From positions 1-27,168 of IMG/VR virus record IMGVR_UViG_3300049924_000271: DNA of 27,168 nt; one strand, written 5' to 3'. The notes beneath the pieces were generated by a model. It searched no databases, was not told the DNA's origin, and saw only the letters and a list, made by a program, of their open reading frames with translations. Both the position numbers and the translations under genes were made by a program. Each line of letters opens with the position of its first letter. The first letter of the stretch is position 1. Shown piece after piece: positions 8,076-15,991 of this stretch. The DNA comes from a virus (lineage: Duplodnaviria; Caudoviricetes).

Positions 8076-9601
8076 AATGATCTAATCCTTGGTGTATGGG
8101 TCATGCGTTTAGAAAAATATTCGACCATCATGGAAGTCGTATCGACCATGTCGTCGTGCGCGCCTTTGGGGAAACGCTCATGCTCCGTTATAAATGCCTC
8201 TATTAGATTGTAGGGATTACCGATTTCATCGTGACCGATAATTTCGCGATTAGGCAAGAAACATTTTTCAGCGTGAACGGTTGGTGCCGCCGCCGATGCT
8301 CTCACCTCTTTGTCGCCGCGCGGGTTAAATCCCAAAACAGGTATCGACGGCTCGGGAATTCTCCTTAGATATTGAATGAGACTAGACCCCGCTGATTTAT
8401 CCTCCGGCACTATCGCGTCGGGTCTCCACTTTTGATAAAGCGCGATCGCGGTCGCCTCTAATTCCGGGGCCTCTACCTTTTTGCGCCATAGGTCTAGGAG
8501 ATAATATCCACCTGCGCACCTGGCCCATGTAGCGCATACAGAGTAGTCATTCGTGATGCCGGGCTTTTGAGCGCAATCCCAAAACTGTACTGTCTCGAAT
8601 ATTTGCGCGGGCGATTTGTCATAGCGCTGCCACCACACGCGCTTGAATAGTCCGCCCTCTTTAGGCCTGGGATCTTGTTGAAGCTGCGCATGTGATTGCC
8701 CAAGTCCGTTCGTGTCTAGATCGGCAGCGAGTTGATTAATTGCACTATCGTCAAAGCGTTCGGGCCATAGTAGCTCGCCCGCGCGTTTACGCGGATCCAA
8801 GAGGGGCAGCGGTGACTCGGATTTAACTTTTGAGTTTGGCTCGAAACGCGCTTGGAAAATCAAGTGCGCTCTCTTGGCGGGTCGTGTCTTTTTACTAATC
8901 ACATGACCCGTCATGTCGAGTTCATGCAAGCGTTGCATAATGTAAATGCGGCAGTAGGCGTTAGGATTATTGGCGCGCGTTGACCATGAGAGGTCATGCC
9001 AAGTGTTCGCCTCTTCGCGGATCAACTCGGAGTTAGCCTCTAGAGCGTTCACCGGGTCATCTATGAGGCCGAAGTCATACCCCTCGCCGGTAACGGCTCC
9101 CCCTATCGAAGTCGAGAACCTAAGCCCGCTCATGGTGTTTTGGAATTTGAGCTTTTGGTTTTGGTCATCTCTGAGCGTCCACTTGGGCTTGAATAATTCG
9201 TGATAGAGCGGCGACTCAATGACCATACGCATCTTTATTCCGTCGCGCACCGATAGCGAGGCCGCATAGCTCGCGCTCATAAACTTACGTGAGGCCCACT
9301 CCTCATGCGCCCAGACCCAGGCCGGAAACATCACGTTGATAAGGATGGATTTCATATGTCGAGGGGGCCAATTAAAAATAAGCTCTTGTAATTCGAAACG
9401 GGCCGCCGCCTCTAAGTGCTTACATGCCTCGTCGATATGCCACCCGTGAACGTAAGTTTGCCCCGGCTCTATGACATGCCAAAAGGTTCTAGTGAAGGTG
9501 CCTAGAGAGGAGATGCAGTCACGTCTAAGCTTTTCTCGCCTTAGCAAGCTCCGTGATATTATCTCCGCTCGTGGTATCTGCAACAGGTCCAACCTCAACA
9601 A
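8072..9601 (-). CDS. terL: Terminase large subunit
   Basis: Walker A 'PPRHMKS', 'IDDP', 'IMQRLHELD', nuclease 'WDCA', 'EDKSAGS', 'FPKGAHDDMVD'; exact start uncertain. Confidence 0.95.
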   Translation of the reverse strand: MLRLDLLQIPRAEIISRSLLRREKLRRDCISSLGTFTRTFWHVIEPGQTYVHGWHIDEACKHLEAAARFELQELIFNWPPRHMKSILINVMFPAWVWAHEEWASRKFMSASYAASLSVRDGIKMRMVIESPLYHELFKPKWTLRDDQNQKLKFQNTMSGLRFSTSIGGAVTGEGYDFGLIDDPVNALEANSELIREEANTWHDLSWSTRANNPNAYCRIYIMQRLHELDMTGHVISKKTRPAKRAHLIFQARFEPNSKVKSESPLPLLDPRKRAGELLWPERFDDSAINQLAADLDTNGLGQSHAQLQQDPRPKEGGLFKRVWWQRYDKSPAQIFETVQFWDCAQKPGITNDYSVCATWARCAGGYYLLDLWRKKVEAPELEATAIALYQKWRPDAIVPEDKSAGSSLIQYLRRIPEPSIPVLGFNPRGDKEVRASAAAPTVHAEKCFLPNREIIGHDEIGNPYNLIEAFITEHERFPKGAHDDMVDTTSMMVEYFSKRMTHTPRIRSL

Positions 9602-10082
9602 CCTCGCGCGCGGGTAAGCATTTTAATTCTTCATTCTCTTTTTGTTTAAGCTCGGCGTATTTCTTATCTAACTCTTCGTCGCTTAAGTTCTCGTAGGGAT
9701 TTTGCCAAGAGCCTTTGATTTCTTTTTTGTCCGCTTGATCTAGATATTGTTTACCTAGGAAAATCATCATGGCCGTGTCGCCTTCGAGAGCCGCTTGGAA
9801 TTGTCTGCGGCGCAGGGAAACTTTACCCCTGCCCCGTTTGCGGGCGAACACTTCCTTAAAAGGCAAGCCATAGTGGGCCTTGACGTGCGTTTCCAATGTC
9901 ACGTCATCGCAATCAAACCAAGCACACATTTCGAGCAAGGTAGACTGTATGCCGCAAAGCTTTTCAAACTCTTCCCAATCGATCACCTTCTTTGGGCGGC
10001 CGTCGGGGTTGGGGCTAGAGGCTCTTGGCGTGAGCGGCTTTGTGTATTTTCGTTTTGGCTTTAGCTCTTTCTTTTTCTTCAA
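9525..10082 (-). CDS. terS: Terminase small subunit
   Basis: 'GRPKKVIDW..FEKLC.IQ.T..E', 'GKVSLRR.Q...A..G...M.IFLGKQYL.Q'; upstream of terL; start (TTG) uncertain. Confidence 0.8.
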   Translation of the reverse strand: MKKKKELKPKRKYTKPLTPRASSPNPDGRPKKVIDWEEFEKLCGIQSTLLEMCAWFDCDDVTLETHVKAHYGLPFKEVFARKRGRGKVSLRRRQFQAALEGDTAMMIFLGKQYLDQADKKEIKGSWQNPYENLSDEELDKKYAELKQKENEELKCLPAREVVEVGPVADTTSGDNITELAKARKA

Positions 10083-11313
10083 TTCGCTTTGCTTTCTTGC
10101 CGGTGTACTTCTCAAAACGCGCAATGATTACGTCGCAATAGTGCGGATCTATTTCCATCATGAAACAGCGGCGGTTGGTTTTCTCGCACGCGATGAGCGT
10201 CGAGCCCGAGCCGCCGAAGAGGTCGAGAACCCCTTGCTCCGGTTTCGTAGAATTTGCGAGAAGAGGCTCTAACAATTCAATAGGCTTCATAGTCGGATGA
10301 AGTTCACTAGATCGCGGACGCTTACACTCTAACACCGAAGTCTGTTTTCTATCCCCGTGCCACTCGTGCGAACACTTTCGTTTCCATCCATACAAAATAG
10401 GCTCATGCTTATAGTGATAGTCCGCACGACCAAAAACCATCTGGTCTTTAAGCCACATCAATTCGTGCTTAACTTGCCATCCGCCCTCACCAAGGCTCAT
10501 CATCATCATCATCATCTGATCGCCGCCTTGACATGCAAACCAGTAGTAAGCGGCCTTTTCCGAACACGCCCCAAACGCAGCGGTCGCGCAATTAGTCCAA
10601 AAGGTTTTCATCTCCGAAATTGGTTTGTCATCGTTCGTGATTTGCTTATTGATTCTTTTTTTGTTTACCCAGGAGGAGGAGGACTTTTCTCTTGCCTCCA
10701 TGCCGACTCCGTAGGGCGGATCAGTAAGCCACAAATCGGCTTTCTCTCCGTTCATTAATTTTTCAACGGATTCGAGAGAGGTAGAGTCCCCGCACATCAA
10801 CCGATGGTCCCCCAATTGCCAAATATCCCCAAGCTTGCAAACCGCAGGCGCGCGCTCGGGGATTTCATCCTTATCGCATTTACCCTCTAAAGTTTCTGAA
10901 ATACTGAAATCTTTTATTCCGAGTAGCTCTATGTCCAAATCTTTGAAATCTAGTAAGTCAGATTTCAGAGTGTCTTGATCCAATTCGGCCCAACTCGCAA
11001 TCGCGTTGTCACTCTGCACGCACGCGAATTCTTCCTTGGCGCTTTTAAAATCCTGATAAACGACCGGATATTTATCCCAGCCGTTAAGCTCTGCGGCCTC
11101 CCAGCGGCCATGCCCAAAGCAAACTTGCTTACTGCGTGTCGAGATATGAATGGGATGCCTAACCCCGTGCTCGCGCATAATCTTGGCGAGGCGCTCGATC
11201 TGTTCCTTAGGATGTTTATTGCGCTGAAACTTGTTAGGTTTCAGCGAGGATAGGGGCAAGAGCTTGTCATAGCTCTTGAACGCTACGCGCATGGGGCTTT
11301 GATTTTTAGACAT
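10015..11313 (-). CDS. ParB-like N-terminal domain + N6A/N4C DNA methyltransferase (beta class)
   Basis: 'GHGR..AA', 'DN', 'LGDHRLMCGDST', 'TDPPYG', 'HPTMKP', 'VLDLFGGSGSTLIA', 'EIDPHY.DVI'. Confidence 0.93.
   Translation of the reverse strand: MSKNQSPMRVAFKSYDKLLPLSSLKPNKFQRNKHPKEQIERLAKIMREHGVRHPIHISTRSKQVCFGHGRWEAAELNGWDKYPVVYQDFKSAKEEFACVQSDNAIASWAELDQDTLKSDLLDFKDLDIELLGIKDFSISETLEGKCDKDEIPERAPAVCKLGDIWQLGDHRLMCGDSTSLESVEKLMNGEKADLWLTDPPYGVGMEAREKSSSSWVNKKRINKQITNDDKPISEMKTFWTNCATAAFGACSEKAAYYWFACQGGDQMMMMMMSLGEGGWQVKHELMWLKDQMVFGRADYHYKHEPILYGWKRKCSHEWHGDRKQTSVLECKRPRSSELHPTMKPIELLEPLLANSTKPEQGVLDLFGGSGSTLIACEKTNRRCFMMEIDPHYCDVIIARFEKYTGKKAKRIEEKERAKAKTKIHKAAHAKSL
10498..10515 (-). repeat. 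(ATG)6 trinucleotide repeat encoding Met6 in the methyltransferase
   Basis: catcatcatcatcatcat on the plus strand. Confidence 0.9.
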
Positions 11314-11321
11314 ATGCTTAA

Positions 11322-11358
11322 AGCGTGGCTCAAGATATCGAGACGTGTCAATAGTCAA
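11322..11358 (-). promoter_or_regulatory. Candidate promoter(s) for the MTase/morphogenesis operon
   Basis: TTGACT-N15-TATCTT and overlapping TTGACA-N18-CACGCT upstream of ATG 11313. Confidence 0.45.
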
Positions 11359-11433
11359 CCGTCTTTCACAGTTTCTAGACTAGGCTTTTTCTAGCCTATG
11401 CGTTATAGAGCGCCGCCCTCACTCTGAAAGCGA

Positions 11434-12135
11434 ATGCTTAACGCGCTATGCATTTCGGACCTCCAATGCCCGGCCGAACACCAAGACGCATTGGCCTTCG
11501 TCAAACACGTAGACAAAGTTTGGTTCCCAACCGGCGAGCGGTTCGTCGTCAACATGGGTGATGAGGTTGACCAACATACCTTGGGCAAATGGCCTGCAAA
11601 TCCAAACGGTCTAAGCGGAGGCGACGAACTAAAAGAAACCCGTCACCGTCTGAGCTATTGGTTTGACGCCTTCCCTAAAGTTTACGTTTGCACTTCTAAT
11701 CATACTTATCGCGCGTGGAAGAAAGCTTTCCTCAACGGTATACCTAAAGAGTTTATGCGCTCAGTCGGCGAAGTCTACGGCGCGCCTCCGGGTTGGCTAT
11801 GGAAAGACAAGTGGGTTTCCGGGGGTTGGTGTTTTGAGCATGGCGAAAACGTGTCAGGCATAACCGCTGCGCTCAATGCGGCAATCCAAAACCAAATGAA
11901 TACGGCAATCGGCCACCAACATTCTCACGGGGGCGCAATCTCTAGAGCTTCCGAGTCGGGCGTCCTTTGGGGCCTTAACACCGGATGCCTGATAGATGTT
12001 GAGCAATACAATTTTGATTATGGGAAAAATATCCGAGTGAAGCCGTCTCTAGGTTGCGGCGTCATCAAGAATGGCGTGCCTTACTTCGTGCCAATGATTT
12101 TAAATCCGGCTCGGCGCTGGGTCGGTTACGTATGA
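11434..12135 (+). CDS. Calcineurin-like metallophosphoesterase
   Basis: 'ISDLQ', 'GDEVD', 'SNH', 'HG', 'GHQH' metal-binding motifs. Confidence 0.88.
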   Translation: MLNALCISDLQCPAEHQDALAFVKHVDKVWFPTGERFVVNMGDEVDQHTLGKWPANPNGLSGGDELKETRHRLSYWFDAFPKVYVCTSNHTYRAWKKAFLNGIPKEFMRSVGEVYGAPPGWLWKDKWVSGGWCFEHGENVSGITAALNAAIQNQMNTAIGHQHSHGGAISRASESGVLWGLNTGCLIDVEQYNFDYGKNIRVKPSLGCGVIKNGVPYFVPMILNPARRWVGYV

Positions 12136-12323
12136 TTGCGCTCGCTCTTGTCCATGCGCTTCAACTAAACGGGATTGATTATACTTACATGCGTTGCAAT
12201 CGAGAGTGGGCGCTGCACATCGCCTGCGAATACATCAACCCTTCGCCGCTGTATGCGCCGGAGGATTTCGATACGTGCTATCGTCATTGGGCTTTTTGTC
12301 ATATCCGAATGACTGATAAGTAA
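12132..12323 (+). CDS. Small hypothetical protein
   Basis: ATGA overlap with the phosphoesterase stop; hydrophobic N-terminus, four Cys. Confidence 0.45.
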   Translation: MIALALVHALQLNGIDYTYMRCNREWALHIACEYINPSPLYAPEDFDTCYRHWAFCHIRMTDK

Positions 12324-12474
12324 TAAGCAGCGTCTCGCGCTTTTTAATCTGATAATCTTGAGAGCGAAGCGAGGCGCACCGTCTACAAGTGCGCTTGCCC
12401 TTTTTATCCCGGTGAGTGTTTTCTAAATCAAACTCGTGGCCTGCTTTGCAATGCGTTTGATTTTTACTTCCCAT
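12235..12474 (-). CDS. Stand-alone zinc-finger protein (THC..GH...ENT...R.CR.C motif)
   Basis: 'QTHCKAGHEFDLENTHRDKKGKRTCRRC', a motif usually appended to phage HNH endonucleases. Confidence 0.7.
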   Translation of the reverse strand: MGSKNQTHCKAGHEFDLENTHRDKKGKRTCRRCASLRSQDYQIKKRETLLITYQSFGYDKKPNDDSTYRNPPAHTAAKG

Positions 12475-12640
12475 TTTTTTTAAGCATAGCGCCACAACAA
12501 GGGCACGTCTTAGTCTTCGTGATTTTCTCGAGTAGGTTTCGAAACGCTTCCGGCACGTTCACCAATTTCTTGGCCTCGTCGAGGATATTGTAATCCACTT
12601 GGATGTTGTAGGCTTGGTGGCGGGGTTTATTCTTTGACAT
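12464..12640 (-). CDS. Small hypothetical protein, possible ribbon-helix-helix with CPCC motif
   Basis: GAGG RBS; 'YNIQVD..ILDEAKK..N..EAFR.LLE'. Confidence 0.6.
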   Translation of the reverse strand: MSKNKPRHQAYNIQVDYNILDEAKKLVNVPEAFRNLLEKITKTKTCPCCGAMLKKNGK

Positions 12641-12761
12641 AGTTCGCCTCGGTAAGCAGGGCAAGGATTCGCGCTTGGCGTTTCACTTCATTCTCAAGCG
12701 CCGTAATCTCTCGACTCTGTATAAAAACAATAATTCCAAAAGCTACAAGGATAAGCGTCAC
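12627..12761 (-). CDS. 44-aa membrane-anchored protein (not in ORF track)
   Basis: GTGA overlap with upstream stop; MTLILVAFGIIVFIQSREITALENEVKRQARILALLTEANYVKE. Confidence 0.55.
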   Translation of the reverse strand: MTLILVAFGIIVFIQSREITALENEVKRQARILALLTEANYVKE

Positions 12762-13732
12762 TTGGTAATCGCTCCTATCACTCTATCGCTTTTAAACTTG
12801 AGCCACGCGGAAACTCTCGCGGTTGATTTATCGGGATAGTAGAGCGGACGTTTAGCGAGCGGGATTTGGCTCGGGTGTATGCACGTCTTTGACCAAAGCC
12901 TTACGCCTTTGCGAACGGCGGGGACGTTTGAGAAAGTCGGATAGTAGCAAAAGAGCGGCTCGACACCTATCACGGGCGCGTCGGTCCAGTTCTCGGCCCA
13001 ATAAGGATTTATGCATTGACCTGGAATCTCGCCGTCTATCATTCCTCTTCCCTCTAGCATCTCTTGCGTGGGCTTAAACAAAATCGGAGTGATAGAGAAC
13101 GAGCGGGCCATGATGCCAGTGCGAGTTGACCAAAGCATAGAGAACGGAAGCTTAGTGAACCTGCGGTTCTCCCATTCGCACGCAACCCAAAGGGGATGTA
13201 GGTTTTGGAAACCAATTTCAAATAAATCCTTAGCCTCTTGCGCGCGATTCATTTGCGCGAGTTGGGGGGCCGTAGTCTCAAACGCGGACCTAAGGGGCAA
13301 AACGAAAACGGCCCCGTGGCCTTTCTCTATTTTGTCCAGACACTTAGTGAAAAAGTCGCGGGCCACTACGAGGTCGGCAACCCAAGCGGTGAGGAGAGCG
13401 TTTTGCTCTAAGGCCATTTTCACCGACTCATGAAAGACCTGCATCAAAACCGAATAGCGGGCGCCGAACTTATTGCGCTCATGTTGTTGACTAAATTCAA
13501 ACTTCGCGACCTTTACATTGCAGGTCGCGAGGAGCCTTCGAAAATTTGGATGGGCTTGTAGCTGCGGCTCGGTTTCCGCGTCGGTATAGATGTAATAGTC
13601 CACATCATACTTATCTTTAAGTGCGGGCAAATTAGTATCATCAAGGACGCTGCGCAAATGGTGTTCTAGGAAAATCTTGGCGTAGAGGTCGCCGTAGACG
13701 ACATTGGTTATAATATATTTTTGTTTAGTCAC
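12758..13732 (-). CDS. Putative glycosyltransferase-like (GT-A-type) protein
   Basis: 'VYGDLY.KIFL...L.S.L...NLPAL', 'YIYTD', 'VADLVV' pattern resembling uncharacterised nucleotide-sugar-transferase-like proteins. Confidence 0.5.
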   Translation of the reverse strand: MTKQKYIITNVVYGDLYAKIFLEHHLRSVLDDTNLPALKDKYDVDYYIYTDAETEPQLQAHPNFRRLLATCNVKVAKFEFSQQHERNKFGARYSVLMQVFHESVKMALEQNALLTAWVADLVVARDFFTKCLDKIEKGHGAVFVLPLRSAFETTAPQLAQMNRAQEAKDLFEIGFQNLHPLWVACEWENRRFTKLPFSMLWSTRTGIMARSFSITPILFKPTQEMLEGRGMIDGEIPGQCINPYWAENWTDAPVIGVEPLFCYYPTFSNVPAVRKGVRLWSKTCIHPSQIPLAKRPLYYPDKSTARVSAWLKFKSDRVIGAITK

Positions 13733-13907
13733 GGGGTTTCCATATCGTTTGATCTATCTCCCTAAACATTTTTCGCGCGGCGGTTTTGCACTCCCGCAAT
13801 TCCGCCTCTGTATTGCAACGCAGTATCCATTCCAAAATTATCCGCTCGGTTTCAGCTAGATGCGTTTTGAATTCATCTAGGTAAACTTCAAACTCGTCTC
13901 GATCCAT
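13725..13907 (-). CDS. Hypothetical protein
   Basis: ATG after GGGG; overlaps the start of the next gene. Confidence 0.65.
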   Translation of the reverse strand: MDRDEFEVYLDEFKTHLAETERIILEWILRCNTEAELRECKTAARKMFREIDQTIWKPRD

Positions 13908-13914
13908 GCCCCAA

Positions 13915-13941
13915 GCTCTAGCACTATTCCGCTAGAGTCAA
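13915..13941 (-). promoter_or_regulatory. Candidate promoter with palindromic operator
   Basis: TTGACT-N15-TAGAGC with CTCTAGC-N8-GCTAGAG inverted repeat (13916-13937). Confidence 0.5.
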
Positions 13942-13945
13942 GATG

Positions 13946-14236
13946 CTATTTCTTGCATTTAAAAATAACGGCGGTAATGACGGGGCCTTTCAAAGTCGTT
14001 ACCTGCACACCGTTAGCGCCGTTTTTTGCGGCGAGAGCGCGCATCATGCGTTCTCGGTCGCGGTCGGTAAAGACCGAAACGTTATTCGCTTGCACCTCGC
14101 CTATCTCCTCGCAGTAGTCCGGCGGATCGGATTGCCGGAACACCTTCACTTTGGCAATCTTGCGCTCTAGCTCCGCGTCATCGGCTTGCGCTGCAAAACT
14201 TAACACAACTAGCAATATCGGTATTAGGTATCTCAT
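13946..14236 (-). CDS. Secreted/periplasmic small protein (DUF4156/RcsF/YbjQ-like fold)
   Basis: Signal peptide 'MRYLIPILLVVLSFAAQA'; 'C..IGEV....MRALAA..GAN.V......A..FKC'. Confidence 0.65.
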   Translation of the reverse strand: MRYLIPILLVVLSFAAQADDAELERKIAKVKVFRQSDPPDYCEEIGEVQANNVSVFTDRDRERMMRALAAKNGANGVQVTTLKGPVITAVIFKCKK

Positions 14237-14330
14237 ATCTTTTCCACTCCTCGAAAAATTTAAACCAATCGACCAATCCAAGTTTCAAAGCCCTTATTAA
14301 ATTCTTTTGCTTTAGTTCCCTATCAGTCAT
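14178..14330 (-). CDS. Small hypothetical protein
   Basis: ATG overlapping upstream stop region; GGGAAG upstream. Confidence 0.45.
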   Translation of the reverse strand: MTDRELKQKNLIRALKLGLVDWFKFFEEWKRYEIPNTDIASCVKFCSASR

Positions 14331-14529
14331 TCGTCGGTCTTCCCAATTCTTGTTTAAGACGCACCAAAGCCTCAACCTTCGCGTTAACCGCCGTGATGCG
14401 CTTACTGATTTCTTCCAGCGTATGAATATTAAACTCTGCCGCGTAAGTGTATTGGCGCAGTAGCTCGTTCCTTTGGTCGAATAGCGAGGCGATATGTTTA
14501 TTGATCGCCTCGAGCGTTTTAGGCTCCAC
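14323..14529 (-). CDS. Hypothetical coiled-coil protein
   Basis: GAGG RBS, overlap with upstream gene. Confidence 0.6.
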   Translation of the reverse strand: MEPKTLEAINKHIASLFDQRNELLRQYTYAAEFNIHTLEEISKRITAVNAKVEALVRLKQELGRPTND

Positions 14530-15700
14530 TCGCTGCCTCTATCTCTTCCACTTTACACCTCGTAAGAACGGTTTGTTTAACACCTTTGTATTCATCAAAA
14601 GCCTTGATACGGCCCGTGACTTCATAGTCGGAGCCCTCGAGCAAGCCTTGGCCGGTGGACCACTTGAAAACATTGCCTCGGCTATCCTTAAACAAAATTA
14701 TGTAGTACTCAAAATCGCGCAGGTAAATGGATTTCATCACGGTAAGTTTTTCCCAAGTGATACGCGCACCAATCTCGCCTTTAAATTCTGAGACGGCTTG
14801 CGGGGGCGCGACGGCTCTCACCTTGGGGTTGATTACGTCAAGACGATAGGCCTCGATAGCATAGGCCAAGATGCCCGCATCGCGCATAGCTACGACCTTG
14901 CCGTCGAGGGATTTCTTTAAAAGCGTTTCCATGTTGCGGCTAAACGCGCTCTCTAAAGGCATTACGTTTAGCGCCCAAGTGACGGCTTTCTCGGCAAGCT
15001 CATATGCCGAAGGCGTGACAACTACCCCGCGCAAACGAGCGTCTCTGTCAAACGTCGCTTGAATGATATCAGAAAACATCGCGCGGCCCATGCCCTTAGA
15101 ATATCCGCGTGTTAGGATTTCCTGCGCGCATTGCTGAAAAAATTCATTGACCTCGACGCTCGGCTCACGGCGGCCTGTGCGATAGTCCTCGGCCTCCGCG
15201 TCGGGGTCGCATAATCTTTCTATGTCGCGCATCCATTCGGCGAGCTTCGCGAAATATTCCGGGCTCGCGCCGCCCGTGAAATCCCTAACGCAAGTGCGGC
15301 CTATCTGTTTTACTTGACCCTCATCCGAACGCACCAAGTACGTGTCCTTGCGGTCGCGCTTCGTTTTGCAATGGTCGCAAAACTTTTCGGCGTGGCGGTA
15401 TTCTTCCGGCATTGTCTCGCCGGGAAGTCCACGAAGGACGTTGCCAAATTCCGTATGCTCAACGCTACCGACAAAGCGCCACCCTGCAAGCTTCGGCGTG
15501 AGACCCGATACTGAGATATCATAGGTAGCCGGATTTAGGGGGCGGCCCTCTGGGGTGAAGGTCGCAGGCGTGTAGGCGCCAAGGTGAGAGACGATAAGCT
15601 CCGCGCCGAGTTTGACGGCGCGCTTATTCATCTTTTCAAGTTTGGCCGCGAGCCAGTCGAGATTACGCGCGGGGATTTTAAAGACGGGTAGGCTAGACAT
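14519..15700 (-). CDS. Conserved phage protein of unknown function with Zn-binding motif and C-terminal OB-fold-like domain
   Basis: 'GWRFVG..EH', 'CDHC...R.R..TY', 'QIG..C..DF.G', 'F.D..GN...W.T', 'K...EY.G.KQT.LTR'. Confidence 0.75.
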   Translation of the reverse strand: MSSLPVFKIPARNLDWLAAKLEKMNKRAVKLGAELIVSHLGAYTPATFTPEGRPLNPATYDISVSGLTPKLAGWRFVGSVEHTEFGNVLRGLPGETMPEEYRHAEKFCDHCKTKRDRKDTYLVRSDEGQVKQIGRTCVRDFTGGASPEYFAKLAEWMRDIERLCDPDAEAEDYRTGRREPSVEVNEFFQQCAQEILTRGYSKGMGRAMFSDIIQATFDRDARLRGVVVTPSAYELAEKAVTWALNVMPLESAFSRNMETLLKKSLDGKVVAMRDAGILAYAIEAYRLDVINPKVRAVAPPQAVSEFKGEIGARITWEKLTVMKSIYLRDFEYYIILFKDSRGNVFKWSTGQGLLEGSDYEVTGRIKAFDEYKGVKQTVLTRCKVEEIEAASGA

Positions 15701-15929
15701 TGAACACGTCGCAATAATAAACAGTGCCAGTAGTTCCATCGGGATTGCCTAAACTAGAATACTTGCGCGTTTGTCCAGGCAGGGACCACGCTCTCACCTT
15801 AAGGCCTTGCGCCTTCATATTCTTAGCAAACTGATTTCGCGCGGCGAGCGCGTCCGCATTGGTGGCATAGTCTACATTGCCCCAAAACGAATATTGCGTT
15901 CTATCGCGAAACGGGATTGATTTGATCAT
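15693..15929 (-). CDS. Hypothetical early protein
   Basis: AAGGAG RBS; first gene after a good promoter. Confidence 0.7.
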   Translation of the reverse strand: MIKSIPFRDRTQYSFWGNVDYATNADALAARNQFAKNMKAQGLKVRAWSLPGQTRKYSSLGNPDGTTGTVYYCDVFNV

Positions 15930-15955
15930 TTGCCTAGCTCCTTCGCTATACAATC

Positions 15956-15984
15956 AATATAGCAAAAAAGTGCTATCAAGGCAA
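15956..15984 (-). promoter_or_regulatory. Sigma70-type promoter with overlapping palindrome
   Basis: TTGCCT-N17-TATATT with extended -10 TG; ATAGCA-N6-TGCTAT at 15959-15976. Confidence 0.7.
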
Positions 15985-15991
15985 GCCCTAT

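Noticed and set aside
10357-10758. Plus-strand ORF containing a His6 tract
   Set aside because: It is the antisense of the (ATG)6 run in the methyltransferase; shadow ORF, not a tag or cloning artefact
13919-15976. TAGCACT as a CIRCE/HrcA heat-shock operator
   Set aside because: Only half-site similarity; the TTAGCACTC-N9-GAGTGCTAA architecture is absent
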